Positions 30,039 through 42,223 are shown, counted from the stretch's first letter. The stretch: DNA of 64,000 nucleotides from an uncultured delta proteobacterium (GCA_963803435.1 CAWDML010000009.1:672001-736000); one strand, 5' to 3'. Translations and numbers: made by a program. Notes: generated by a model from the sequence alone, not told the origin.

Positions 30039-30628
30039 AGCGTGGCCTCCTGAGAAGCCTCGCCCACGTGGCGATGCGCTTCTTTTCGCAGGGTCTCGAG
30101 CGCGCGGTCGATCAGCGACTTCACGGACGGCACCGACGTCTCCAGAGCCTCGGCGATCTCTTCGTGCGCCAGCCCGTCCTGTCGTGCCATCAACAGCGCG
30201 GCGCGTTGCTTGGTCGGCAGTCGCGCCAGCGCGTCCTCGAGCGTCCGCTGCAGCTCGCGTCCGGCCAGGGCCTCCTCCGGTGAGGCCGCCCCCGATACGG
30301 CCGTCTCCGAGGCCGGCCCGTCGAGCGACTCGAGCGATTGCCGGTACTCCGACCTCCGGAGCTCGTTGAGGCAGACGTGGGTGGCGACCGTGTAGAGCCA
30401 GGTGCGGAACCGGGTGGCGGGCTCGTAGCGCTTGGTCGTATAGACGCGCACGAACACGTCCTGGGTGAGCTCCTCGGCGCGGGCGGCCACCCGGACGAAT
30501 CGGAGCGTGTGGGCGAAGATCGGCCGCTTGTACCTCTGGAACAGCACCTCGAACACCGCTCGGTCCCGCGTTTTCACGAACTGCGCCATCCGCGCAGCAT
30601 CTTCGTCCTCTGACTTCGGACCCACCAT
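30035..30628 (-). CDS. ECF RNA polymerase sigma-70 factor
   Basis: AEELTQDVFVRVY, FRTWLYTVA, HEEIAEALETSVPSVKSLIDRA. Confidence 0.93.
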   Translation of the reverse strand: MVGPKSEDEDAARMAQFVKTRDRAVFEVLFQRYKRPIFAHTLRFVRVAARAEELTQDVFVRVYTTKRYEPATRFRTWLYTVATHVCLNELRRSEYRQSLESLDGPASETAVSGAASPEEALAGRELQRTLEDALARLPTKQRAALLMARQDGLAHEEIAEALETSVPSVKSLIDRALETLRKEAHRHVGEASQEATL

Positions 30629-30681
30629 CGATCAACCCGGACCGAGCTCGAGAGTTGCGGTGACCGTACCTTGAGCCTGCC

Positions 30682-31092
30682 TCAGCCGGCCATCAGGTGG
30701 ACCACCACGTATGCGAGCGCGGCCAGCTGGACCAGGAAAGCCGTGAAGCGGAGGTTCACGGCCACGGCGCTGTTGGAGCTGACGTGGATCAGCGACTGCG
30801 CCACCCGCGCTACCAGCGCTACGATGCAGGCGGTGTCCAGCCAGGAGCCCGCGACCCGCGCAAGCTGGCTTGCGACCACCACCGCTACGAAGATCGGCAG
30901 GTTCTCCGCCGCGTTCACGTGGGCCCGGTTGATGCGCCAGTAGAGGTCGGGCCCGTGCGGTGTCCCGCTGGGGAAGCTGTTGGAGGCGCGCTTGCCCAGC
31001 AGCACCTGGCCGACGCGCCACGTGGCCACCGCCAGCACCAGGATCATGGCCCAGGCCGCGTACAGCACCAGGCAGAGCAGGGGCGTGGTCAC
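30682..31092 (-). CDS. MAPEG family membrane protein
   Basis: RINRAHVNAAENLPIF motif, ARVAQSLIH, hydrophobic helices; GTGA overlap with BMC-T. Confidence 0.85.
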   Translation of the reverse strand: MTTPLLCLVLYAAWAMILVLAVATWRVGQVLLGKRASNSFPSGTPHGPDLYWRINRAHVNAAENLPIFVAVVVASQLARVAGSWLDTACIVALVARVAQSLIHVSSNSAVAVNLRFTAFLVQLAALAYVVVHLMAG

Positions 31093-31691
31093 GACTTTGG
31101 CCCCCGGATCTCGGCACGCTCGGCGCCCAACAGGTGGCGCGGCAGGTCGGGGTGCGGCTGCGCGATCACCTCGACCCGGAGCACCCGCTCGGCGCGAACG
31201 GCGGCCTGCACCACGTCGCGCGCCGCTTGGATCATGTGAAGCGCCCCGGTCATCGTGAAGACACCCTTCCCGGACAGACCGGCGCCGAGCCGAAGCTCGA
31301 GGAGCCTGACCTCGGTCTCCTTGAGGACCCGATCGACCGCGAGCAGCGTCGATGACACCGCCGCGATCTCGACGATCGCCAGCGATTCGCCGAGGCGCCC
31401 GAGCAGCCGGGAGGCCAGGGCGTCGCGCAGCTCGGCGTGTGGATCGCGGATGATGGCGTGGTCGACCAGGTCCTCCTCGGCCGCCTCGATCCCCGCGGCC
31501 GTCGCCTCCTCGATCTCCGCCACCGAGCCCGACAGCAGGATCAGGTACCGCCCTGGCGAGAGCGTCCGCGCGGCCACGATCGCGTTCTCGGCCCGCTTCG
31601 CCATCGCGTCCAGGCACACCACGCCGCGCGCGATGGACGCCAGCTCGAGCGCCGCCAGCGCCGCGCGATCTGCGACCAGCCGATCGCTCAC
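31089..31691 (-). CDS. BMC-T tandem-domain shell protein (H. ochraceum T1-like)
   Basis: ALAALELASIARG..DAMAKRA; second domain SLAIVE...LRLGAGLSGKGVFTMTG. Confidence 0.88.
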   Translation of the reverse strand: MSDRLVADRAALAALELASIARGVVCLDAMAKRAENAIVAARTLSPGRYLILLSGSVAEIEEATAAGIEAAEEDLVDHAIIRDPHAELRDALASRLLGRLGESLAIVEIAAVSSTLLAVDRVLKETEVRLLELRLGAGLSGKGVFTMTGALHMIQAARDVVQAAVRAERVLRVEVIAQPHPDLPRHLLGAERAEIRGPKS

Positions 31692-32370
31692 CACTGCTCT
31701 CGCACGGTCTCGCTGCTGCTGCGCCGATTGAGGATCACGGCGTCGAGCAGTCGATCGTGATCCGCGACCAGCGCGTCGGTCCGCCTCGCCGCCGTCAGGA
31801 CCACCTTCACGATCTGCCGTCGCTTGAGGCTCTGCTCGGCGAGCAGGTCGCCCTGGTCGATCACCGCCACCCGCGTGAAGCGTCTCGGCGTGACCAGCTC
31901 GGCGACGCGTGCGTCGAAGCTCGACGCGATCTTCGTCCGCTGCATCCCTTCGATCGCTCGGTCGACCGCTGCCGAGGAGGTGCCGGCCCTGGCCTTGAGG
32001 TCGAGCGCCATCACCGCGTCGATCGGGACCTTCCGGTTCTTCCCGCCCAGGATCATGACGTCGACGTCGATCCGCGCCACGCTCGACGTCCGCGACAGGA
32101 GCCGGAGCGTCGGCACGTAGTGCTGCTGCCGCTCGGTGAGCGTGAGGATGCCGTCGCCGTCGATGTCGAGCGGGCTGTTGTCGACCTTGGGACGCACGCC
32201 TCGAGGCGCGCGATCCGCCGCGCTCGGATCGATGGCCTCCCAGCGCTCGCCCAGCCCATCGGCCTCCAGCCGGATCGCCAGCCCGTAGCCGCGATTACTG
32301 TACGTGCCGTCCCGGCCGATCGATCCGACGTACCGCGGGCTGCCGCACGCCGCGAGCAGGAGCAGGAGCG

Positions 32371-32374
<4 letters not shown>
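31688..32374 (-). CDS. Hypothetical lipoprotein with EF-hand-like loop
   Basis: LLLLLAAC lipobox; DIDGDGILTLTE; overlaps both neighbours; alternative start 32404. Confidence 0.7.
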
Positions 32375-33849
<1,475 letters not shown>

Positions 33850-33852
33850 CGA

Positions 33853-34143
33853 CTAGTCCTTCGACCAGCGGATCGATCCTTCGACCTCGATCTGGTCGAC
33901 GATCGCCATCACCACGTGGTCCACCGGCCGGTCCTTGGTCTGCAGCGTCTGCCGCGCCGAGGATCCGGCCGCGTAGAGGATCAGCTCGCCCACGCCGGCG
34001 CCGACGGCGTCGGCCGCCACCAGGAGCGGACCGTTCGTGGTGCCGTCGAGGTCGGCGCCCTTGATCAAGAGGAGCTTGAGCCCTTCGAGCTCGGGATCCT
34101 TCTTGGTGGCGATGACCGTCCCGATGACCTTGCCGATGAGCAC
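33853..34143 (-). CDS. BMC-P pentameric vertex protein (EutN/CcmL family)
   Basis: GKVIGTVIATKK, AADAVGAGVGE, GSSAR, PVD..MAIVD. Confidence 0.95.
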   Translation of the reverse strand: MLIGKVIGTVIATKKDPELEGLKLLLIKGADLDGTTNGPLLVAADAVGAGVGELILYAAGSSARQTLQTKDRPVDHVVMAIVDQIEVEGSIRWSKD

Positions 34144-34154
34144 CGGACCTCCGG

Positions 34155-34469
34155 TTACTCGTTGCCCTTGAGCTGCGCGCGCGCTTGGACCGTGCGCCCG
34201 AGTGGGAGGGCGAGATCCACGTTGGCGTGCGGCCTCGGGATCACGTGCACGCTGACGAGCTCCCCCACGCGCTCCGCGCCGCGGGCTCCGGCCTCGACCG
34301 CGGCCTTCACGGCTGCCACGTCCCCGCGCACGATGGCCGTGACGAATCCGCCGCCGTAACCCTTCTCGTAGCCGACGAGCTCGACCTTGGCCGCCTTCAC
34401 CATCGCGTCGGCGGCTTCGACCATTCCCACGAACCCCTTGGTTTCAATGAGCCCCAGTGCGTCTGTCAT
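34155..34469 (-). CDS. BMC-H hexameric shell protein
   Basis: [36 protein letters not shown]. Confidence 0.97.
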   Translation of the reverse strand: MTDALGLIETKGFVGMVEAADAMVKAAKVELVGYEKGYGGGFVTAIVRGDVAAVKAAVEAGARGAERVGELVSVHVIPRPHANVDLALPLGRTVQARAQLKGNE

Positions 34470-34475
34470 ATCTCT

Positions 34476-35123
34476 CTAAGATTCTCCGCCAGAAGATCGC
34501 GTCTCGACTCCAGTGACGGCGGCGATCGCGGCCGTGGCGGCTTGTGCGGCCGAATCGATCTCCGACTCGGTTCCGGCGAGGTACAGGCGTCCGAAGGCGC
34601 CGAAAACGAGCACGTCGATCAGCTCGACGTTGGCGGCCTTCTCCGCCTCGTTGGCGGCGAGCGCCGCATAAGCAGCCGGCTCCGTCTCCATGATGAAGAG
34701 CGACTGGCCAGGCTTGATCATCGAGCCGAACCGGATCTTGTCGAGGATCATCGCGTGGTAGGGCTCGATCGAGCGGATCACGGTGTTCGAGACGACCCGC
34801 GGCACCATGCGGTCGCTTTCCGCCACACCCAGCTGCTCCAGGATGGCATGGCCGGCGGCCAGGACCTGACCCTTGTCCTCGTGGTGCACTTCGAGCATCC
34901 CGTACGAGCGTTCGACCACCAAAGTGGCAGGCTGCACACTTGTCGCCTTGAGGGCCCGGTCGATGAGCCGATGGATCTGCATACCCGGATGCACTTCGAC
35001 GAACAGAGAAGCCATGCCCGGGACGGGAAAGTAGCCGCGGCAGGTCGTGCAAATGTGGGACGTCAGCTGAGGCTGGAGGCTGTCCAGGAAGACGTAGGCC
35101 CTGAGTGATACGCCCTGAGCCAT
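34476..35123 (-). CDS. BMC-T(dp) permuted tandem shell protein (H. ochraceum T2 / CcmP-like)
   Basis: [44 protein letters not shown]. Confidence 0.92.
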   Translation of the reverse strand: MAQGVSLRAYVFLDSLQPQLTSHICTTCRGYFPVPGMASLFVEVHPGMQIHRLIDRALKATSVQPATLVVERSYGMLEVHHEDKGQVLAAGHAILEQLGVAESDRMVPRVVSNTVIRSIEPYHAMILDKIRFGSMIKPGQSLFIMETEPAAYAALAANEAEKAANVELIDVLVFGAFGRLYLAGTESEIDSAAQAATAAIAAVTGVETRSSGGES

Positions 35124-35197
35124 ATAACGGGGCGCGTGTAACCCGATTCCGATCTGAGCGCGAGGCATTTTTTGTGTGGAACCCAGTGTTTCGACAC

Positions 35198-35220
35198 CAT
35201 GTAGTTGTCACAACCACATG
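35198..35220. promoter_or_regulatory. 23-bp near-perfect palindrome, candidate operator upstream of the BMC operon
   Basis: CATGTAGTTGT-C-ACAACCACATG (one mismatch) in a lower-GC divergent intergenic region. Confidence 0.5.
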
Positions 35221-35381
35221 CTGGCGGGGCACCCATGACGAGAAGGAGGCGGGTCGACTCAGGTGATCCCGATGAAACCCATCGGCCCTCTGGCGCGTTC
35301 AACTAGTAGAGACGGGAACGCGGGGAGGACGATAATCAGGACCAAGACCTGACTCGAGCTGCCCGAAGAAGGGAACAACGG

Positions 35382-35597
35382 ATGCTAGACGCCTACATCA
35401 TTGAAAAGATCAGGCAGGAAGAGCTGGAGCGTCGGCACCAGCAGGACGAAGGGCGTCGGATCTGGCTCGAGCTTCCCAAGCCCACCTGGGAGGACCCCAA
35501 GCAGCCCGAGGCCGAGGGTGCCCCTGAAGACCCGGCGGACCGGGGCACGATCGTCATTCCGCTCTACCCCGAGGAGGTGGAGGACGACGCGGCCTGA
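35382..35597 (+). CDS. Small acidic hypothetical protein
   Basis: MLDAYIIEKIRQEE...; purine-rich RBS upstream, terminator downstream. Confidence 0.75.
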   Translation: MLDAYIIEKIRQEELERRHQQDEGRRIWLELPKPTWEDPKQPEAEGAPEDPADRGTIVIPLYPEEVEDDAA

Positions 35598-35620
35598 CGC
35601 GCTGATCGACCTGCGAGCGG

Positions 35621-35654
35621 AAAGGCGGCGCGCCCAGTGGCGGCCGCCTTTTTT
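35621..35654 (+). terminator. Rho-independent terminator
   Basis: AAAGGCGGC...GCCGCCTTTTTT stem-loop with T-run. Confidence 0.8.
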
Positions 35655-35697
35655 CGTTCCTTGACCCCAGCGGATCCGCCGAAAAACCTCTCGCATC

Positions 35698-36336
<639 letters not shown>

Positions 36337-36339
36337 ACG

Positions 36340-36765
36340 ATGGCCGGCGGCTCCCAGAACGACGACGACGAGCCGATCACGTCGATCAACATCATCCCGC
36401 TGGTCGACATCGTCCTGGTGGTGCTGATCATCTTCATGGTGACCGCGAGCTACATCGTCACGCCTGCCATCGAGGTCGAGCTTCCCAAGGCTACGACCGG
36501 CGAGCCCAAGGCGAACACGCTCCTGTCGCTGGTCCTGACGCGCGAGGGCGATCTCTTCCTCAACAACAAGAAGATCGACGACGCCGCGCTGCGCGCCTAT
36601 ATCCGCAGCAACCGCGAAGGTCACGACCTCGAGGCGATCATCGCCGCCGACGCCAGCGTCTCGCACGGTCGGGTGGTCGCGCTGATCGATCTGGTCAAGT
36701 CCGAGGGCGTGCGCAAGTTCGCGTTGAACACCGAGCACGTCTTCTCGAGCGGTGAGGTGAAGTGA
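36340..36765 (+). CDS. exbD: ExbD/TolR family protein
   Basis: INIIPLVDIVLVVLIIFMVTA, ELPKA. Confidence 0.92.
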   Translation: MAGGSQNDDDEPITSINIIPLVDIVLVVLIIFMVTASYIVTPAIEVELPKATTGEPKANTLLSLVLTREGDLFLNNKKIDDAALRAYIRSNREGHDLEAIIAADASVSHGRVVALIDLVKSEGVRKFALNTEHVFSSGEVK

Positions 36766-37538
36766 GCCGGCCGCCGATGCGCTCGCGGCGCGTCTCGCTG
36801 ATGGCGCTCGTCGCGAGCGTGCTCCTCCACTGCACGCTGCTGTACGGCATGAGCCGCCTGCCGCCGGCGCCCGAGGCGAAGTCGTCGACAATCGTCGAGA
36901 TGCGCCTGACGCAGCCGGAGCCGGCGCCACCGCCGCCGCCCCCCGAGGAGGAGGTCATTCCGCCGCCGGAGGTCACGCCCAAGAGGGTGAAGGTCCGGAC
37001 CGCCGAGCGGATCGTGAAGGATGCGCCGGCCCCGGCGCCCAAGACGGCGCCGCCGCCCCCGCCGCGCTTCTCATTCTCGGTCGACATGGCGTCGACCGTG
37101 GAGAGCGGCAACGTCGCGGTCCCCGCCGTGGACGGTGGAGGCAACATGTTCGCCGACCCGGAGAAGGACGGGGCGCTGCCCACCGGGAAGGTCACGGCGC
37201 CTCAGCCTCCGCCCGCAGGCACCGGTCGCGACGGGCCGCCGGACGGCTACCAGATCACCGACGAGCCCAAGTTCCTCACGCCGGAGTCCGAACGCGCACC
37301 GCCGTACCCGGAGGCCGCGCGCTCCCAGGAGCTACAGGGCACGGTCCTCCTCCGCGTCTACGTCGGCGAGGATGGGCGGGTGCAGACGGTGAAGGTGCTC
37401 GAGCCCCTCGCCGGCGGCTGCACCGAGGCGGCGGTCCGCTGGGCGCAGAGGAAGTGGCGCTTCGAGCCGGCCCGCGCGGGGCGAACGCCGGTCGGCATGT
37501 GGATCACGGTGCCGGTCCGTTTCGTGCTCGAGCGCTGA
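36762..37538 (+). CDS. tonB: Energy transducer TonB
   Basis: TM with SVLLH, Pro-rich spacer, PYPEAAR..QGTV..WRFEPA. Confidence 0.9.
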   Translation: MSRPPMRSRRVSLMALVASVLLHCTLLYGMSRLPPAPEAKSSTIVEMRLTQPEPAPPPPPPEEEVIPPPEVTPKRVKVRTAERIVKDAPAPAPKTAPPPPPRFSFSVDMASTVESGNVAVPAVDGGGNMFADPEKDGALPTGKVTAPQPPPAGTGRDGPPDGYQITDEPKFLTPESERAPPYPEAARSQELQGTVLLRVYVGEDGRVQTVKVLEPLAGGCTEAAVRWAQRKWRFEPARAGRTPVGMWITVPVRFVLER

Positions 37539-37542
37539 CCGC

Positions 37543-38916
37543 TCACTCCCGGCGGCCGCGGAGGCGCTGGTAGGCGTTGCGGAGCGGATCGATCAGCCCG
37601 GTCAGCTCGAGCCGGAGCTTGGCCGGGTGGTGGCGGCCCGAGAGGGTGAGCATCTTGCCGTCGCGTCGATGGACCAGGAACCGATCGCGGCCGACCGGGT
37701 TCACCGCAGCCTGGGTGGTCATGACGGCCCGGAAGCGCGCGCGGAGCTCGTGCTCGCTGAGAGGGCCGAGCACGCCGCGAGGGAGCGCGGCGGTGGGGTG
37801 GGGGTGCGGACCGAGCCGCGCGTCGAGATCGTCCAGGCTCCCGAAGAGCTCCGAGGCGGCGGTGGGATGGTCGAGCGCGTCGAGGACCACGTGATTACGT
37901 GTGTGGGCCCCGAAAGAGACTCCGGCGGCCTGCATGCTCGAGACTTCGTCCCAGGTCAGCATGGTCCGCGGCGGGTCGAGATCCTCGACCAGAGTTCCTG
38001 CAAGCTGGCTTGCGTTCTCCCGGGCGGCTTCGTCGGCGCGGTTGAGGTCGGAGATCACGCCGCTGATGACGCTGCGGGCCTCCTCGAAGGTCTCCGAGCG
38101 CGTCAGTTGGTAGGCGCGATCGGGGAGGCCGTCCGGGAGCGCCGTGCGACGGCCGCTCTTCCACCAGGCGAACAGCCCCAGGCAGACCCAATCCCACCAG
38201 AGGGCGTCGGGGTGGCCGATCAGCCGCGTCACCACGTAGACGCAGGCCGGAGCCGAGAACCGCTGGAGGATCGGGAGCGCAACGCGAAAGTTGTCCTCGT
38301 AGCCGTCGTCGAAGGTGATGGCGACCTTGCCCTCCGCCGGCGTCTCGTCAATCGACTCGATGGGCGCGAAGCCGCGGCGCTGCGCGATCGCATCGAGCTG
38401 GGCCTCGAAGGTCGGTGCCCCCAGCGCCATCTGCGGGCGCCCGTACGTGCGGAGCTCGGCCAGCGGGAGGACGCGGTGATAGTTGACCACGTTGACCCCG
38501 CGCGAGGCGGTCAGGCGCTCGAGGAGCCCGAGCGTGCCGCTGAGCTCCGCGACGTCGAGCAGGGCCGAGGTGATCGCTTCGCCGGTGGCCCTCCAGAGCG
38601 GCCGTCGCCGCGGCTCATTGAGCAGCCGGTCGATCAGACCAGCGTCGTCGATCCGTCCGATCCGATCCGGATCGGCGCCGAGCGCCACCGCAGCGCGCTC
38701 TTCCGCGTCGTCGCCCACGATCGTGAGGTCGACCAGCGCGAAGGCGGCCCTCAGGAGCGCAGCCTTCGCGCGGGATGGTGCCTCGGTCTCGTGGTGGCGA
38801 AGCGCAACCCGATCGCAGCGGCGCGCCTCGACAAAGACGCGCTCGGGACGGTCCGAGGTGATCAACGCGATCTTCGCGCCGGTGGCGCCCAGGCGGGCTT
38901 CGAGGTCCGTGCTCAC
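37543..38916 (-). CDS. Polysaccharide deacetylase family protein with N-terminal extension
   Basis: NYHRV, ITFDDGYEDN, FGAHTRNH. Confidence 0.85.
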   Translation of the reverse strand: MSTDLEARLGATGAKIALITSDRPERVFVEARRCDRVALRHHETEAPSRAKAALLRAAFALVDLTIVGDDAEERAAVALGADPDRIGRIDDAGLIDRLLNEPRRRPLWRATGEAITSALLDVAELSGTLGLLERLTASRGVNVVNYHRVLPLAELRTYGRPQMALGAPTFEAQLDAIAQRRGFAPIESIDETPAEGKVAITFDDGYEDNFRVALPILQRFSAPACVYVVTRLIGHPDALWWDWVCLGLFAWWKSGRRTALPDGLPDRAYQLTRSETFEEARSVISGVISDLNRADEAARENASQLAGTLVEDLDPPRTMLTWDEVSSMQAAGVSFGAHTRNHVVLDALDHPTAASELFGSLDDLDARLGPHPHPTAALPRGVLGPLSEHELRARFRAVMTTQAAVNPVGRDRFLVHRRDGKMLTLSGRHHPAKLRLELTGLIDPLRNAYQRLRGRRE

Positions 38917-39476
38917 GGCTTCACCACGATCAGCTCGCGGCCGGTGACGACCGCGTCGACCCGTTGATCATGGCTCTCCACGGGCAGATGATCCACGAGC
39001 TGGCAGGCCAGGGCGAAGCCGATCGCGCGGCTCGATCCCCGACCGGCCAGCACCCGGTCGTAGTAGCCTTTGCCGTAGCCGAGGCGGTCCCCCGCCCGCG
39101 TGAAGCCGAGGCCGGGCACCACGTACACGTCCACCGCGGTGGCGGTGGGCTCCCCCGGGGCAGGCTCGCGGATGTTCCAGGGGGGCCTGGGGAGGAGCGC
39201 GTCGCCGCGGGCCAGGTGAAAGGCGAGGTCGCCGCCGGCGTCCACCCGCGGGTACGCGATCGCGACGCCCCGCGCGGCGAGCACCGCCTCGAGCCGAGAG
39301 GGATCGGCCTCTTCGCTCATCGGCGCGAAGAGCGCGACCGAGCGGGCGCCTTCGAGAAGCCCGCTCACGAGCAGCGCCTGGACCGCCGCCTCGCTCTCGA
39401 TCGCACGCTCTTCTGGGGAAACGGCCGCCCGCGCCGCCTTCAACTCGGCGCGGGCGCGTGCCTTGAGATCAAACAA
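38913..39476 (-). CDS. ygfA: 5-formyltetrahydrofolate cyclo-ligase
   Basis: VPGLGF..RLGYGKGYYDR, ESHDQRVDAVVT; follows 6S RNA. Confidence 0.93.
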   Translation of the reverse strand: MFDLKARARAELKAARAAVSPEERAIESEAAVQALLVSGLLEGARSVALFAPMSEEADPSRLEAVLAARGVAIAYPRVDAGGDLAFHLARGDALLPRPPWNIREPAPGEPTATAVDVYVVPGLGFTRAGDRLGYGKGYYDRVLAGRGSSRAIGFALACQLVDHLPVESHDQRVDAVVTGRELIVVKP

Positions 39477-39488
39477 ACGAGAAAAAAA

Positions 39489-39676
39489 CCCCCGCCTCGG
39501 CCGTGTGTGACGACTCGCCGGAACCTGCCTCAGCAGGTGGGCGACGTGACCCCGACCCCCGACCTCTGTCCAGCTTGGCGACAGTCCGTGCGGTGCCGGG
39601 AGGAACGTCTCCCGTTATAAGTGACATCGGTTCTCGGACTTGAAGAGTCGGCCCATCACGAACCGTGCAGGGGAGA
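39489..39676 (-). ncRNA. ssrS: 6S RNA
   Basis: About 190-nt non-coding segment in the canonical zapA-ssrS-ygfA synteny; ends can pair (TCCCCTGC...GCGGGGG); followed by a T-run. Boundaries approximate. Confidence 0.8.
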
Positions 39677-39692
39677 GTGGTGCTCGAGGTCG

Positions 39693-40019
39693 TCACCGCG
39701 CCGGCTCCGGCTCCAGGTCCTGCGCCATGGCGTCGATCGCGCCCAGGAGCTTGAGCGATCGATCGCGGACCTTACGGCGGAGCGAGCGGTTCTTCTGGCG
39801 CTCTTCGAAGAGCTCCTCGGCGATGTTGAGCGCGGCGAGCAAGGCAATCTGGTCGGCCTGAACGCGCTTGGAGGTGTCTCGGATCTCCTCCAGGCGTCGA
39901 TTCACGAAGGCCACGATGTCCCGAACCCTCGCTTCGTCGTTGTCGGACACGACGGTGAAGCGCTGCCCGAACAGCTCGAGGTTCAGCGAGCGTTTGTTGG
40001 CAGGACCCGTCGCCTCCAC
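39693..40019 (-). CDS. zapA: Cell division protein ZapA
   Basis: LELFGQRFTV, IALLAALNIAEEL, coiled coil; synteny. Confidence 0.9.
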   Translation of the reverse strand: MEATGPANKRSLNLELFGQRFTVVSDNDEARVRDIVAFVNRRLEEIRDTSKRVQADQIALLAALNIAEELFEERQKNRSLRRKVRDRSLKLLGAIDAMAQDLEPEPAR

Positions 40020-40113
40020 AGCGTTCGATGGTAGAGGTGGTCCTGGGATCGGTCAATGGCTCGCACCGGCGCAAACCGCGAAAGCGAGCGTCGAAAGACC
40101 GGGAACCACCTCT

Positions 40114-41235
40114 TTACTTTTCGGCGGTGTTCGTGCCGGGCTCCTCTGCAAAGAGCGCGTCGACGAATTCGTGCGGCTCGAAGTCTCTGAGGTCCTCGAC
40201 CTTCTCGCCGATGCCGACGAAGCGCACCGGTAGGGCGAGATCGTCGCAGATCGCGACCACGACGCCGCCTTTTGCGGTGCCGTCGAGCTTCGTCAGCGCG
40301 AGCGAGTTGACCTCGACCGCCTCCTTGAACTGCTTCGCCTGCGAGATCGCGTTCTGTCCGGTGGTGGCGTCGAGGACCATCAACACCTCGTGCGGCGCGC
40401 CGTCGTGCGCCTTCTGCATCACGCGACGGAGCTTCTTGAGCTCCTCCATCAGGTTGACCTTCGTGTGCAGCCGGCCGGCCGTGTCGCAGATGCAGACGTC
40501 CGCATCGATCGACTTGGCGCGCTGGATCGCGTCGAACACCACGGCGCTCGGATCCTGCTTCTCGGATCCCTTCACCACCTCGGCGTTCGCGCGCTGGCCC
40601 CAGACCTCGAGCTGCTCCACCGCCGCCGCGCGGAAAGTGTCGCCGGCGGCGAGCACCACCTTCTTGCCCTCGCGCGTGAGACGCGCCGCCAGCTTCCCAA
40701 TGGTCGTGGTCTTGCCGACGCCGTTCACGCCGATCACCATCATGACGGTCGGCTTCTGGTTCCAGTCGATCGGCCGGGTCTCGATGTCGATGATCTCGGT
40801 GATCTTCTCCCGCAGCCGGTCGCGCACCGCGCCCGCGTCCTTGATCTCCTTCCGCGAGAGCTGCGCCTTGAGATCGCCAAGGAGCCGCTCGGTGGTGCGG
40901 ATGCCGATGTCGGAGGTGACCATCAGCGCTTCCAGCTCGTCGACCAGCGCCTCGTCGAAGGTCGAGCGGAAGAGGAGGCCGTTGAGCCGGGCCATGAAGC
41001 CCTTGCGGGTCTTCTCCAGACCGCGCTGCATCGGCCGCCCGGCCGCCTCGACCGGCGGCGTGGGCGCGGCGCCTTCGACCTCATCGGCCAGCGCCTGGGC
41101 CTCGGCGTCATCGAGGGCGTCGGCCTCCGTGCGCTTGCCGCTCACCATCTTGCGGATGGCGAGGACAATCAGGATCAGGACGAACAGACCCACTGCCGCA
41201 ACCGCAATCAGCCCCGGGTCCAGGTTCTCGGGCAT
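40114..41235 (-). CDS. ftsY: SRP receptor FtsY with N-terminal TM anchor
   Basis: [36 protein letters not shown]. Confidence 0.96.
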   Translation of the reverse strand: MPENLDPGLIAVAAVGLFVLILIVLAIRKMVSGKRTEADALDDAEAQALADEVEGAAPTPPVEAAGRPMQRGLEKTRKGFMARLNGLLFRSTFDEALVDELEALMVTSDIGIRTTERLLGDLKAQLSRKEIKDAGAVRDRLREKITEIIDIETRPIDWNQKPTVMMVIGVNGVGKTTTIGKLAARLTREGKKVVLAAGDTFRAAAVEQLEVWGQRANAEVVKGSEKQDPSAVVFDAIQRAKSIDADVCICDTAGRLHTKVNLMEELKKLRRVMQKAHDGAPHEVLMVLDATTGQNAISQAKQFKEAVEVNSLALTKLDGTAKGGVVVAICDDLALPVRFVGIGEKVEDLRDFEPHEFVDALFAEEPGTNTAEK

Positions 41236-41267
41236 GCGGGCGTGGGTAGCCGCCGTCGCGAGGGCGG

Positions 41268-42223
41268 TCAACGGCGCCGAGGCACCAGGCCCAGCAGGAG
41301 CAAGAGCGGCAGGAACCCACCGCCCGAGGGGCCGGTCGCGGAGCATCCCTCGTCGGGCAAATCGGCGGGCATCAAGGGTCCCGACGGTTCGGGCGTCGCG
41401 GTCGCCGTGTACGCGTCGGTGCACCCCGGGCCAATCAGGAGCGCCCCGTCGCTGGGATAGCGCGCCTCGTCGCCGTCGGCGTCGACGGCTCGGTAGTAGA
41501 GCTCGACGCAGTCACGCAGCGGATCGATCGTCGCCGAGAGGGTCTCGTTGCCGTCCCGCCCCGCCTCTCGCGTCATCGGGACGCTTCGGAGGTCGACGAT
41601 CGCCTCGAAGGTCCCCGGCGCCCGGCCCTTCGGAATCCCAGAAGTTCGCCAGGAGCTCGCCGGCCTCCGCGTCGAAGGCCCCCGCCGGGATCATCGGGAT
41701 CTTCGCGCCGCCGACGGCCCCGAAGTCCTGCACGAACCAGAATCTCGCTCGCGCTCTCGGAGGTGCCGGTGCCGAGGTGCGTCCACTCGGGCCGGAGGAT
41801 GTTCGTGCGGTGGCCCTCCGAGTTCATCCACGCCGTCATGCCCGTGCGCGCGCTCTTGTCGCCGAACGAGGTGTAGATGTTTTCGCCGGCCGCGCCCCCG
41901 CTGAAGTAGCGCGAGACCCGGGACTCGAAGCTGGTGCCGTCGCAGCTCTCGTGCTGGAAGCACCCGTGGGCCTTCATGTCGTCGGCGTGAAAGCGCGCCG
42001 CTGAACCGAGGCCGACCTGGTGCGCGAGCGGCGGCCGGGGCTCGCCCGTCGCCAGGCTCGTGTCCCAACCCGGCCAGTCGTGCGGTGCCTGCCGGATCTG
42101 GTTGGTGAGGACGTGGAGGAGACGCTCGTGGGAGTCCGGGACCCCGTCCTCGTCGGGTTCGCCGTAGGCGAAGGCGCGGCCCGGGAGGAGGGCGGCGGCC
42201 AGGAGGAGGAGCCCGAAGCGCAT
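41268..42223 (-). CDS. CAP-domain surface protein with MYXO-CTERM-like tail; apparent frameshifts at 41740-41744 and 41633-41637
   Basis: GENI, WMNSEGHRTNIL, (EI)WFVQDFG; tail GCSATG...LLLLLGLVPRRR. Three ORF pieces join when two GAATC are read as GATC. Confidence 0.8.

Noticed and set aside
34344-34348. GAATC inside BMC-H as another insertion error
   Set aside because: The frame is intact on both sides (GGA TTC = Gly-Phe), so this site is genuine.
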